The notes below the pieces were generated by a model. The model saw only the letters and a list, made by a program, of their open reading frames with translations, was not told the DNA's origin and did not search any database. Shown in pieces: positions 23,628 through 35,699 of a stretch of DNA of 60,000 nt. The DNA comes from Squalus acanthias (Eukaryota). Positions within the stretch are counted from its first letter, which is position 1. Every line of letters begins with the position of its first letter. The stretch lies in contig CM059431.1 in assembly GCA_030390025.1 (NCBI GenBank), positions 147,128,001-147,188,000 on the forward strand. Direction: 5' to 3'. Position numbers and translations under genes: made by a program.

Positions 23628-25279
23628 AGTCTTCGAGCCATAGAGTTATATAGCACAGATGTAGGCTCTTCGGCCCGTCGTGTCCACGCCGGCCATCAAG
23701 CCCTGTCTATTCTAATCACATTTTCCAGCACTTGGTCTGTTGCCTTGTAAGATATGGCGTTTCAAGTGCTCATTTAAATGCTTATTGAATGTTGTGAGGG
23801 TTCCTGCCTCTACCACCCTTTCAGGCAGCGAGTTCCAGATTCCAACCACCCTCTGGGTGAAAAAGTTTTTCCTCAAATCCCCTCTAAACCTCCTGCCCCT
23901 TACCTTGAAACTATGCTCCCTGGTTATTGACCCCTCTACTAAGGGGAAAAGTTCCTTTATTTCTGCTCTATCGATGCCACTCATAATTTTGTACACTTCA
24001 ATCAGATTCCCCCTCAGCCTTCTCTGCTCTAACGAAAACAACCCCAGCCTGACAGACTCTCTTCATAGCTGAAGCGCTCCAGCCCAGGTAACATCCTGGT
24101 GAATCTCCTCTGCACGCTCCCAATGCAATCACATCCTTCCTAGAATGTGGCGACCAGAACTGCACACAGTATTCCAGCTGTGACCTAACAGGCGTTTTGT
24201 AGAGCTCCATCATAACCTCCCTGCTCTTATATTCTATGCCTCGACTAATGAAGGCAAGTATCCCATGTTAATTTGTAACCATCTTACCTACCTGTCCTGC
24301 TGCCTTCACGGATCTATGTACATGCACACCAAGATCCTGCTGAACCTCTGTACATCCTAGGGTCCTAGGGTCCTACCATTCATTGTTTATTCCCTTGGCT
24401 TGTTAGTCCTCCCGAAATGCATCACCTAACACTTTTCAGGGTTAAATTCCATTTGCCACTGTTCTGCCCCACTAACCAACCCGTCTATATCGTCCTGTAG
24501 CCTGAGGCTTCCCTCCTCGCTATTTACCACTCCACCAATTTTCGTGTCATCTGCGAACTTAATGATCATACCGCCTACATTCATATCTAAATCATTAATG
24601 TACACTACAAACAGAAAAGGACCCAGCACCGATCCCTGCGGTACACTACTGGACACAGGCTTCCTGTCACAAAAACAACATTCGACCATCACCCTCTGCC
24701 TCCTGCCACTAAGCCAATTTTGGATCCAATGTGCTAAATCGCCCTGGATCCCATGGGCTCTTACCTTCTTGACCAGTCTGTCATGCGGGACTTTGTCAAA
24801 AGCCTTACTGAAGTCCATGTAGCCTACATCAACTGCACTACCCTCATCCACACACCAAGTCACCTCCTCGAAAAATTCAATCAAATTGGTTAGACATGAT
24901 CCCCCCCTGACACATCCATGCTGAATATCCTTGATTAATCCTTGCCTCTCCAAGTGGAGAATAATTCTTTCCCTCAGAATGTTTTCCATTAATTTCCCTA
25001 CCACTGATGTTAGGCTCACTGGCCTGTAATTCCCTGTTTTATCCCTACTACCCTTCTTGAATAATGGTACTACGTTAGCTGTCCTCCTGTCCTCTGGCAC
25101 CGCCCCTGTGGCCAGAGAGGTTCTGAAAGTTTGTGTCAGAGCCCCTACAATCTCCTCCCTTTCCTCACACAGCAGGCTGGGATACATCTCGTCTGTGCCT
25201 GGGGTTTTATCCACTTTTAAGCCCACTAAAGCCGCTAGCACCTCCTCCCTTTCAATACTAATTTGTTCAGTTATATCAG
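23628..25279 (-). mobile_element. Relatively young CR1, 3' 1.65 kb
   Basis: ORF 24426-25241 (271 aa) has NYRPVSLTSVVGK, MDFSKAFDKVPH, VPQGSVLGP and KFADDTK. Confidence 0.95.
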
Positions 25280-26309
25280 GTAACTAGTGGGATCTCGCAA
25301 GGATCAGTGCTTGGGCCTCAGCTATTCACAATCTATATCAATGATTTTGATGAGGGGACCAAATGTAATATATCCAAGTTTGCTGATGATATAAAGCTGG
25401 GTTGGAATGTAAGTTGTGAGGAGGATGCAAGTAGGCTTCAAGAGGTTATAGACAAGCTAACTGAGTGGGCCAGATTATGGCAAATGGAATATAAAGTGGA
25501 TAAATGTGAAGTTACCCTCTTTTTTAGAAATAATAGAAAAGTAGTGTATTTTTTAAATTATGAGAGATTGGCAAATGTTTCTATTCAGAGGGACCTGGGT
25601 ATCCCTGAACACGAAAATCTGAAAGTTAATATGCAGGTACAGCAAGCATTTAGGAAAGCAAATTGTATTTTGGTCTTTATTGCAAGAGGATTAGAGTTTA
25701 AGAGTAAAGACGTCTTACTGCAATTATGTAGGGCCCTGGTGAGACCACACCTGAAATGTTGTGTACAGTTTCGTTCTCCTTTATTAAGGAAGGATATACT
25801 TGCCACAGAGGGAGTGCAGCGAAGGTTCACCAGCCTGATTCCTGGGATGGGGGGATTGTCCTATTTGAACAAATTGAGTAGACTAGACATATAATCTCTA
25901 GAGTTTAGCAGAATGATGGGTGATCTCATTTAAACATACAACATTCTTACAGGAATTGGCAGGGTAGATTAGGGATGTTTCACCTGGCTGGGGAGGCTAG
26001 AACCAGTTGTCACAGTCTCACAATAAGGGGTCGTCCATTTACGACTGAGATGAGGAAAAATGTCTTCACTCAGAAAGTAGTGAATCTTTGGTATTCTCTA
26101 CCCCAGAGGGCTTTGCAGGATCAGTCGTTCAGTATATTCAAGAGAGATATTTGAATATTAAGGGAATCAAGGGATATGGGGATAATTCAGGAAAGTTGAG
26201 ATGAGATAGAGGATCAGCCATGATCTTATTGAATTCCGGAGCTGGCTCGAAGGGCCAAATGTCCTACTCCTGCTCCTATTTCTCATTTTCTTATGTTCTT
26301 ATAACACGC

Positions 26310-29005
26310 AACGGTAGGCACTTGTGAGTTTTATCCAATGTTGAAGTGAAGTTTCTGTTAATGTGCTGTCAAACATTCATTTTTTTTCCAACTCTTTCCG
26401 TTCCCGGACAGATTTGTGTGCACCTTTGGAAGTGAATTAGTGAGTTGCAGTGAATGGTGAGACATAACGGTAACCCCCGCAATGCTTTTGAGTGTGACAG
26501 GAATGGCTTGGGCATTGTCGGGATGCTTTATGGTGTTGGTGTGGGCTGGTGGCAACCTGGCGCATCATGTGGCAGCCAGGGTGTGCAGCGTCAAGTGAAG
26601 TAAATCTGGCCATTGTGACGCCTTCTCTGGCCTCCCGGGAAGCAGTGAGGTCGGGTGCTGATGTCCTTTGTCCTGGGCAGCATCAGTTGATTGTGGAGAA
26701 GATTTGCGTTGTTGTTGGTGCTGGTGATGCTGGGGCTGAACTTGTTGGGTTTCTGAGGGCCTTGTTCAGTTAGTTTCCATGCCACCGATGCTTATGTAAC
26801 AGATTGCAGGTGCAGCTGAGATAACCGAAGTGATCTGTCAATGGTGAGAGAGGTTGTTCCAATGTTGTGACACTGGATACAGCGTTTACTCCAAAAACTG
26901 TCAACCTGCAAAAAGCTCAATCTGTCTTCCAAATGCAGGAAGCAACAACTTCTGAGCTTTGAAAGTGAACAGCTGTGAGGTGGGAGCTTTTACAGCACAT
27001 TTCCAGCTTTCAAGTAATGAGATGATTCCATGGCCCTTCAAATCCCGCACTGCTTACCTGACGTGATCCCCGAGCAGCGTGGACCCAGTGGCCGACGGGG
27101 AAACTCTGAAGCTGAGCTCAAAATTCTTTTGAAGTGCCTCTTAACAACGTCATAATGACCTAAATTGCCTCCTTCGCCGCGGCGTGTCGGGTCTGTTCAG
27201 ATTTGACAGACCAGAAATCTTCTAAGGTCGCGTGGCGGCGGGTTGACAAAAAAAATCCCACACGACCGGACTCCAAACGCGGCCGCTGAGCCCCCATCTC
27301 GACCCCCCACGCCTCCCGCCCCCTCAGTGTCGAGCCCGGGTATTCAGGATCCCGCCCTCCGAGTAGCTCCCAGGCCGACATGTACTGGTCCTTGGAGCAC
27401 AGGGAATTGATTGAAATTCACTGATCTCAGGTTACACCTGGCGATTAGCGCCAGCTCCAGATGTGCGGGGGTTCGGGTGCTGCACAGCCAGGACCACAGA
27501 TCCAATCTCCCGCACATAATGACAATATTAGTGGTCCGGTAGCATAGTGGTTATGTTACTGTCCAAGTAATCCAGAGACCTGGACTAATTACCCGGAGAG
27601 ACGCGGTCTCGGTGTTCTCCTGATCCAGCTCCCTGCCTCGGCCGAGGGTTCTTGCTATTAAACTGAGAGCGGTGTTTGTCCCCATACTTTCTAGACTTGT
27701 TTCCCTTCTCTTTCAACACAGTCACGCGATTATTGTGTGGATCTTACTTTAACAGGAAATAAAAACAAGATGTTTCAGTTCTTTAAACAGGAACTGCTGT
27801 TTCATGAATGACTTGTAAATTCAAATGTTATAACATTCCGGTGTGTAAAGGCAGTGACTGTCAAATGTATTGCCATCGAATTCAATATTTTAGCAGCAAT
27901 TTAATTGGTCACTGTTAACAGTAACAGATTTAGATGGTTTAAGACAATTAGATTTTCAGAGGTGATGGAGTTTATTTCCAACAATGTGACTATTTTATTA
28001 ATGTATTTATGTTGATGCGACGCAGCTTAATGTTCTGTAAGCTGGAACTGACGGTGGATTCAGTAAACCCCCAGTGTCAGGTCTGGTGGGGTAAAAATCC
28101 GTTATTGGAATCGCAGCTTCATGGTTAGAAAAACTGGCTGAAGGTTCAGGGTTAATGTTCTGAAATAAACTCCGAACATGTGATGCTGGTTTTGTTACTT
28201 CCATGTTCAGTTATTTTCGCTGAGCGATTTCCTCTGTTGCCAGGGTAACAAACTGTCAGTTCTCAGCACAGGAGACCTTGGCTAAAATTTACATCTGAAA
28301 GACCGTGAAACATTCAGTGTAAACTCCTGTCTGTGCAGTCGGCAGTCCAGGAGTAGGGACATCTTCTGGAATAATTTTAATACAATGGCCAAATTATTAA
28401 AATAAGATTATAAAGCTGTTGTGTTGGAACAGTAGGTTATATAGGTACACATAATTCGTAATACTTCCTCTTGCTATAATTTACTAATGTTTCTTATATT
28501 GATAAAGCCTGTTTTAACCTCTTTTTGAAAAGTAAATATTGCTCCAGGTGTTCGCACAATTTCCAAAATTTACACATGTCCGCCTGTCGTTCTGGCCTCT
28601 TCCTACAGACGCAGTGAAAAGATATTCCAGTTCATCAGTTTGAGTTTAAGCAATGCCTTCGAGATTCACCAGTAATTAATTAATTCTTGTTTGTAAAGCA
28701 AACTTCCTGTAAGATTCACATTTACAGTTAATTAATCTCCTGTCACATTAATTTCCTGTTACCCCTCAGACATCCCAGTTCTCGTGAACCCTTTCACTGT
28801 TTCCAAATGGCATTGGATCTGCTAGTTCTAATTACACGAGACACGCTTATTCATCTTACAACTGTTGAGAGATAGCCTTTATTTGATAGGTCGTTAATAT
28901 TGGTTCCAGATAATTAACACATGATAGAAATATGGGACAGTACAAGACCATAGACAGATAGGAACAAGTGGAAGCCATTCAGGCACTCAATCCTGTTCCG
29001 CCAAT
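26310..29005 (+). repeat. Segmental duplication copy 2
   Basis: Collinear with 19790-23292 apart from the CR1 insertion. It includes the tRNA-derived SINE head gtccggtagcatagtggttatgttact at ~27533 (paralog at ~21810). Confidence 0.9.
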
Positions 29006-29029
29006 ATCTTAATGAGAGCAAAGTAGCCT

Positions 29030-29290
29030 GGCTCTGTTGCGCAGGCGCAGTATTATTCCCTTACTCCCACGCAGGCGCAGTATTGCTCCCTGCCGTTTTT
29101 CCGGGGATTCCCAGTCACGGGTCAGTTTACCTCTTACGCCGGGCGGCGCGGGGCGAACTGTGAGAGACGGTAAGGAGCAGGACCGTTCTCCGGGGGACAG
29201 GGGTGTCGCTGCCTTTAATGCGGGGATTCGGGGTGGGCGGGGTTTTTCTGTGTGCCGGGCGGCGCGGGCCGGTGTGTGAGTGACGGTAAG
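29030..29290 (+). promoter_or_regulatory. CpG-rich putative promoter / first exon with NRF1 motifs, GC boxes and a duplicated splice donor
   Basis: TGCGCAGGCGCA at 29038-29049, a second copy at ~29069, GGGCGGGG at ~29235, and GACG|GTAAG donors at 29170 and 29286. Confidence 0.6.
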
Positions 29291-29439
29291 AAACAGGATC
29301 GTTGCCCGGGTTACAGGGGCTGCGCTCTGTGACTGAGGGAACTCGGCTCCATTCAGCTCACGACCTGGCAGTGCGGCTGCTCATGCCAGAGTTTATATCA
29401 CAGCGAGTGACTTTAAAGTGTAGCTGATTTGTTTCGGGA

Positions 29440-29880
29440 TATAAATCACACGGAAATGTTTTGAACCAGGTCAGATTACGGGGAACGTCCGGTATATAAA
29501 CCCCAGGGAATGTACTGAACCGGGTCAGAATACAGGGGAAGGTCCGGAACATTAACCCCAGGGAACGGACTGAAAAGGGTCATAACACAGGGGGTGGGCC
29601 GGGATATAAACCCCAATGAATGGACGGAACCAGGTCATAATACAGAGGATGGTTCGGGTTATGAATCCCAGGGAATGGACAGAACCTCGTCATAATAAAG
29701 GGGAAGGTCGGGATATAAATCCCATGAGAATGGACTGAACCGGGTCATAATACAGTGGATGGTTCCGGAATCAAACCCCAGGGAATGGACTGAACAGGGT
29801 CATAATACATGGGATGCTTCAGGTCATAAGCAGCATGGAATGTACTGAACTGGTCATGAGACGGGGATGGTCCGGGGATG
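29440..29880. repeat. 55-bp minisatellite, ~8 copies (same family as 15795-16710)
   Basis: Units ataaaccccagggaatggactgaaccgggtcataatacag. Confidence 0.9.
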
Positions 29881-30067
29881 GAGGATGGGGTCAGTGAGAT
29901 AGAACAGTGTCAGCACCGTGGAGAGAAAATTAGCATTTCCGCCTGGGTGAGTGAAAATGCGGAACTGTCAGGCGGCCGGACTTTCACTATGAGGAGAAAT
30001 ACCAAATTAAACACATGGTTTTGGAGCTGAGGGTTTGGAGAGTTGCACAAGTTACAATGCAACTGCC

Positions 30068-32390
30068 AGTGAGATCAGAAATGTACAACATGGTGCGGTG
30101 GGGGGGTGTGGGGGGGTATGTTCCCCGTGAGACCAGATAGTGTGTAACCCAGGAAGTATGGGTCCATTGAGATCAGACAGTGTGTAACCCGGGGAGGATG
30201 GGCCCTGTGAGATCAGTCTGTGTGCGGTATCCCATTAGTTACAGCCTGCCAACCCGAAAATTATCCTTTTATTCCTACTCTCTGTTTTCTGTCCTTTAAC
30301 CAATCCTCAATCCATGCTAGTACATTATCACTAATCGCATGAGCCCTAATTTTGTTTAATAACCTCTTGTGCGGCACCTTATGAAATGCCCCTGAATATC
30401 CAAATACAACACATCCACTAGTTCCCCCTTATCTAATCTGCTAGTTACAAACTCAAAAAACTCCCAAAAGATTCGTGAAACATGATTTCCCTTTCATAAA
30501 TCTTTGTTGACTCTGCCGATGTCTATTTTAATTTTCTAATGTCCCTGTTCCCGCATCCTTAATAATAGATTCTGGCATTTTCCCTACTACTGATGCCAGG
30601 CTAACTGGTCTGTAGTTCCCCGTTTTCTCTCTCCCTCCTTTCTTAAATAGTGGGGTTACACTTGCTGCCTTCCAATCTGCCGGCACCGTTCTAGAATTTG
30701 TCGCATTTTGCAAGATGACAGCCAATTCATCCATTATCTCTATACCCACGTCTTTTTAAACCCTAGGATGTGGTCCATTAGGTCCAGTGGATGTAGCGGC
30801 TTTCAGTTCCATTAATATTTCCTTTTTTTACTGAAACAAATTTCTTTAATTTGCTCATTCTCGCGAGATCCTTGGTTCTGCACTATTTCCTGCAGGTTTT
30901 TGTGTCTTCTTCCGTGAAGACAGACACAAAGTATTTGTTTAATTTCGCTGCCATTTCCTTATTCCTCATTATAATTTCTCTTATATCAGCCTGTAAGGAA
31001 CCCACGTCTAGTTTCGCTAATCTTTCCCTTTTTACATACATATAGAAGCTTTTACAGTGTGTTTTTAAGTCTTTCTCTAGTTGACGCTCATTTCTGTTTT
31101 CCCTTTCTTTATCAATTTTTTGGTCCTCCTTTGCTAAATTCAAAAATCCTCCCAATCCGCAGGATTACTACACTTTTTGGCAACATTATATGCCTCTTCC
31201 TTTAATCTAATACTATCTTTAATTTCTCATGTTTGCCACAGTTGGACAATTTTTCGCCTCGTATTTTTTTAATTCCTGAAGGGAATGTATATTTGTTGTG
31301 AATTTTGAATTATTTCTTTAAATGTTTGTTATTGCTTTTCTGCTGTCATATCTTTTAATCTAGTTTCCCAACCTGCCTTAGCCAACTCGCCACTCATACC
31401 TATGTAGTTTGCTTTGTTGAGGTTTATGGCCCTAGTTTCGGCCATAACTAAATCACTCTCAAACTCAACACAGTATTCTATTATTTTACGATCATTATCC
31501 CCAGAGGCTCCTTTGCTACAATGTTATTAATTATCACGGTCTCATTGCACAGTATTATATCTAAAATAGCCAATTCCCTCGTAGGTCCTGTGATATGCTG
31601 ATATAGAAAACTATCTTGAATGCATTCCGTGAACTCTACCTCAGCACTATTTCTGCAAATTTGGATCACCCAGTCTATATGAAAGTTAAAATCCCCTATG
31701 ATTACTCTATTATCCTTGTTACATGCATTACCAATTTCCTGTTTGACACTCTGCTCGACACTATAAGCACTGTTAGATGCCCTTTAGACTACTCAAAACT
31801 AATGTTTTCTGCCCTCGTTTTTTTTTAGCTCCACCCAAGCTGATACTACATTTTCTTTTTCCAATCCACGTTCCTTTCTCTCTACAGTCTTTAATCACTC
31901 CTTTATTATTAGGGCTACCAGTCCTCCTTTTCGATTCTGCCTGTCTCCTCTAAAAGTCAAATATCCTGCAATATTTCGTTCCCAACCTTGGTCACTGCAA
32001 CCAGTTCTCTGTTATGGCAATTAAATTCAACCTATTTACTTCTAATGCGCTATTAATTCATCTATTTTGTTGTGAATGCTTCGTGCATTCAGATATAGCA
32101 TCTTTAGCTTTAACTTTTTTCCATATTTCCCTAATGTCGCTTTAGTCACGAATGCCCTATTACATGTATTAATGTTTCTGTCTCTTACTGACGCACTCTG
32201 CTTATCTTTACCCAGATCACTAATCAACTGTGTTTAACCCGAGGAGGATGGGCCCAGTAACATCAGACAGTGTGTAACCCAGAGATGATGGGCCCAGTGA
32301 GATCAGACAATTTGTAAACCGGGGAGAGTGGGGCCGGTGAGATCAGACAGTGTGTAACAGGGAGGATAGGTCCAGTGAGACCAGACAATA
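30068..32390. repeat. 40-bp minisatellite split by a CR1 insertion (30068-30225 and 32225-32390)
   Basis: Unit gtgagatcagacagtgtgtaacccggggaggatgggccca on both sides of the CR1. Confidence 0.85.
30228..32222 (-). mobile_element. CR1 ORF2 fragment (APE endonuclease to N-terminal RT)
   Basis: LYLNARSIHNK (32042 ORF), PTRELAILDIILCNE (31481 ORF) and GNYRPVSLASVVGK (30528 ORF). Confidence 0.9.
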
Positions 32391-32789
32391 TGGGTTTGTC
32401 TCAATCTCAGAGAACAAAAGTTGCATTTCCGTCCGAACTTTGGGGATTTATAGGAATCCCTGGCGGGAGGGCCGTGGATTTGAGGAAAGTGACAGAGTAG
32501 AACAGAAATACTCGGCCCTGATTCGGAAGAGGCGGTGGATCAAGGCAGCTCTCGGTCCTACTGTTATCATGGCAATCCGTCAGATCCAGCACTGGATTCC
32601 CTGCTGTAAACTGTAGATAGACACAGATTCTCATAAACCGCAGCATTGAACAGGGCAGAAATCGGGCGTTGCGATTATTTCACTGGACGCCGCTGGGGAA
32701 TTATTTCAGTTATTGCAGAATCTTCAGGTAAAACTGAGTGGTAATTTAGAGCAATGAGATGGGTTTTGTTGGGAAGTGAGCGGTGTTGC

Positions 32790-33705
32790 AGGGGAGAAGG
32801 ACCAAGTACAGGACAGGCCCTTCACTGGGGAGAAGGACTGAGCACTGGACAGGCCATTCACTGGGGAGAAGGAATGAGCACAGGACAGGCCCGTCACTGG
32901 GGAGAAGGACTGAGCACAGGACAGGGCCGTCACTGGGGAGAAGGACTGAGCACAGGACAGGACCATCACTGGGGAGAAGGACTGAGCACAGGACAGGGCC
33001 GTCATTGGGGAGAAGGACTGAGCACAGGACAGGACCATCACTGGGGAGAAGGACTGAGCACAGGACAGGACCGTCACCTGGGAGAAGGACCGAGCACAGG
33101 ACATTCCCATCACTGGGGAGAAGGACTGAGCACAGGACAGGGCCGTCACTGGGGAGAAGGACTGACCACAGGACAGGCCCGTCACTGGGGAGAAGGACCG
33201 AGAACAGGACACTCCCATCACTGGGGAGAAGGACTGAACAGAGGACAGGCCCGTCACTGGTGAGAGGGACCGAGCGCAGGACACTCCCATCACTGGGGAG
33301 AAGGACTGAGCGCAGGACAGACCCGTCACTGGAGAGAGGGACCGAGCACAGGACAGGCCCGTCACTGTGGAGAAGGACTGAGCACAGGACAGGACCGTCA
33401 CTGGGGAGAAGGACCGAGCACAGGACAGGCCCGTCACTGGGGAGAGGGACCGAGCACAGGATAGGCCCTTCACTGGGCAGAAGGACCAAGCACAGGACAC
33501 TCCCATCACTGGGGAGAGGGACCGAGCACAGGACAGGCCCGTCACTGGGGAGAGGGACCGAGCACAGGACAGGCCCGTCACTGGAGAGAAGGACCGAGCA
33601 AAGGACAGGCCCGTCACTGGGGAGATGGACCGAGCAATGGACAGGCCCGTCACTGTGGAGAAGGACCGAGCAATGGACAGGCCCGTCACTGGGGAGAAGG
33701 CAGGA
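32790..33705. repeat. 36-bp minisatellite, ~25 copies
   Basis: Unit ggacaggcccgtcactggggagaaggactgagcaca. Confidence 0.95.
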
Positions 33706-34739
33706 AACAGCAGTGAATAAATTAGTAAAACGGCTGTGTTGTGTCACCTGGAGCGGCGGACTGAGGTTCAGTATTGGAACTGATGATAGCTCAGGACAAT
33801 GCTGAGTGTGTATGAGGTGAATATATTATTTATCAGTACTCTCTGCCACTTGAAGAAAGCAAAACACGAGAGAGAAAAAAAATCCCTTTGTGACTGGGCG
33901 GGTGAGTCCTGAATGGACTTCTGCCAAAAATATATAGGAATGGCCATTGATTTAAAAAGCGGAGAAAGTCCGCAAATCCTAGGCGAATGCTGGGAAATGC
34001 GCACCTGTTATATGTGGAGCCTCTAACTGTGGACTGAAGAATGAATAATTCACATGTTGTAACAGCAGCGGCTTTAAAATTAATTTCACCCATAATGCTT
34101 GTTCCATAAAATAATTATATATTTTTTTCAATTATTTACATTTCAATTATTTTCGATTTTACGAATAATAAAACAAAAAAAATACCTTACATTCTACTTC
34201 ACACGGTCAATAATGATCTATTTTTCTGCCCTCGCATAATTAGCTCTCCTGGTAAATGATGGAGTGATTGAGAAAGGTCCACATCTAGAAGTAAACAGGG
34301 ATTGTCGACTGTGGAACAATAGCAGGTGAACCAGCACAGGCTTGTGAGAGCACCAACCAGAGAGAACCCTTCCGATTCAAAGAGCTTCTACTGGGGAAAA
34401 AGGTAAGAAAAAAACACGTCTCTGTTTATTAGGTGGGGCTGAACTTGCACCGACACCATCAGATCTCAATGTTAAAATGGCTCAGATCTGGTGACAAATC
34501 AAGGGGAAAAATTGATTCGAAAACATCATATTCAATTCTTTGAACATGATGCACAGACCAATCTGAAAGAGCAGCGCGGCCTATCACAGACAGAATAAAT
34601 TATTCATTCAAAAAAAATTAAAATGATCAGAAAATATATTGATAACTACAAACGTTGACAATTTTGATTTATTGATTACGAAAGATATCTTCAATTGTAA
34701 TATAATCATAAATCCGGCATGGAAAATTTCAATTTATTG

Positions 34740-35402
34740 ATTGGCGCCCTATTTGACGCTGAAATGTGCTTCCAACCCCATTTTCGCACCAGGTGCGCCT
34801 ATTTCCACCTCCATAACATCACCCGTGTCCGCTCCTGCCTCAGCTCATCTTATGCTGTAGCCCTCATCCATGCCCTTGTTATCTCTGAGCTCGATTATTC
34901 CAATTCTTCCTGGTTGGCGTCACACAATTCACCCTCCGTAAGCTTGAGCTCATCCACAACTCTGCTGTCCATATCCGAACTTACACTAATTCCCGTTCAT
35001 CCATCAACACTGTGCTCGCTAACCTACATTGACTGATGATCCAGTTACGTTTCCATTTAAAATTTATTTAACTTTGTTTTCAAAGACCTCCATATCCTCG
35101 CTCCTCCCTTCCCTCTAACCACCTTTCTGCCCACAAAATACGAGTTCTCTGCACCCCTCCAATTCTGGCACCGGTTTTCATCGCTCCACCTTTGACAGGC
35201 CGTGCCTTCAGCAGCCTGGGCCCTAAGCTGTGGATTTCCCTCCCTAAATATCTCTGCCTTTAGATGTTAAGTCTTACCCTTTTGAGCAAGCTGTTGGTCA
35301 CCTGTGCTAATATTTCCTTATAGGTCAAACTTTGTTTGATAACAGTCCTGCGATGCACCTTTGGACGTTTCATGTGCTATATAAATGCAATTTGTTGTTG
35401 AT
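34740..35402 (+). mobile_element. L2 LINE 3' fragment
   Basis: AYFHLHNITRVRSCLS...LIHALVISELDYSNS (L2 RT C-terminus) and tail gtgctatataaatgcaatttgttgttg. Confidence 0.8.
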
Positions 35403-35699
35403 AACTAAAGGTGTGTTGAATTGTAATATAATGATTACTAGAGGCATGATGAATTGCAATAGTTTGATAACTGCAGAGGAAGAGGTTTGTGATATAGTGT
35501 TAACTGCAGGCATCAGAAATGACAAGACATCGAAAGCTGCATGTATGTCCGATTGTAATATTGATCAATACAGACATGGGGACTTGTAATATATTAAAAA
35601 CTAGAGCTATGTCCGATATTAGTATTAATCAGTCTGTTGACAAGGACCTAATGAAATACAACTACATATTTGTGTTTGTGTGAGCGGTTTTCATGGGTT

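Larger units (their letters stand above)
23300..26302 (+). mobile_element. CR1 LINE (RT to 3' end) interrupted by nested insertions at 23461-25279
   Basis: gcattcgataaggtgccgcac (AFDKVPH) runs to ggctgtaac and resumes as gtaactagtggg...ggatcagtgcttgggcc. ORF 25307-25894 has KFADD. Tail at ~26300. Confidence 0.9.

Noticed and set aside
24426..25241. 271-aa RT ORF (and 45462-46238) as an active or domesticated gene
   Set aside because: Both elements are 5'-truncated with stops or frameshifts in adjoining segments, i.e. ordinary young CR1 copies.
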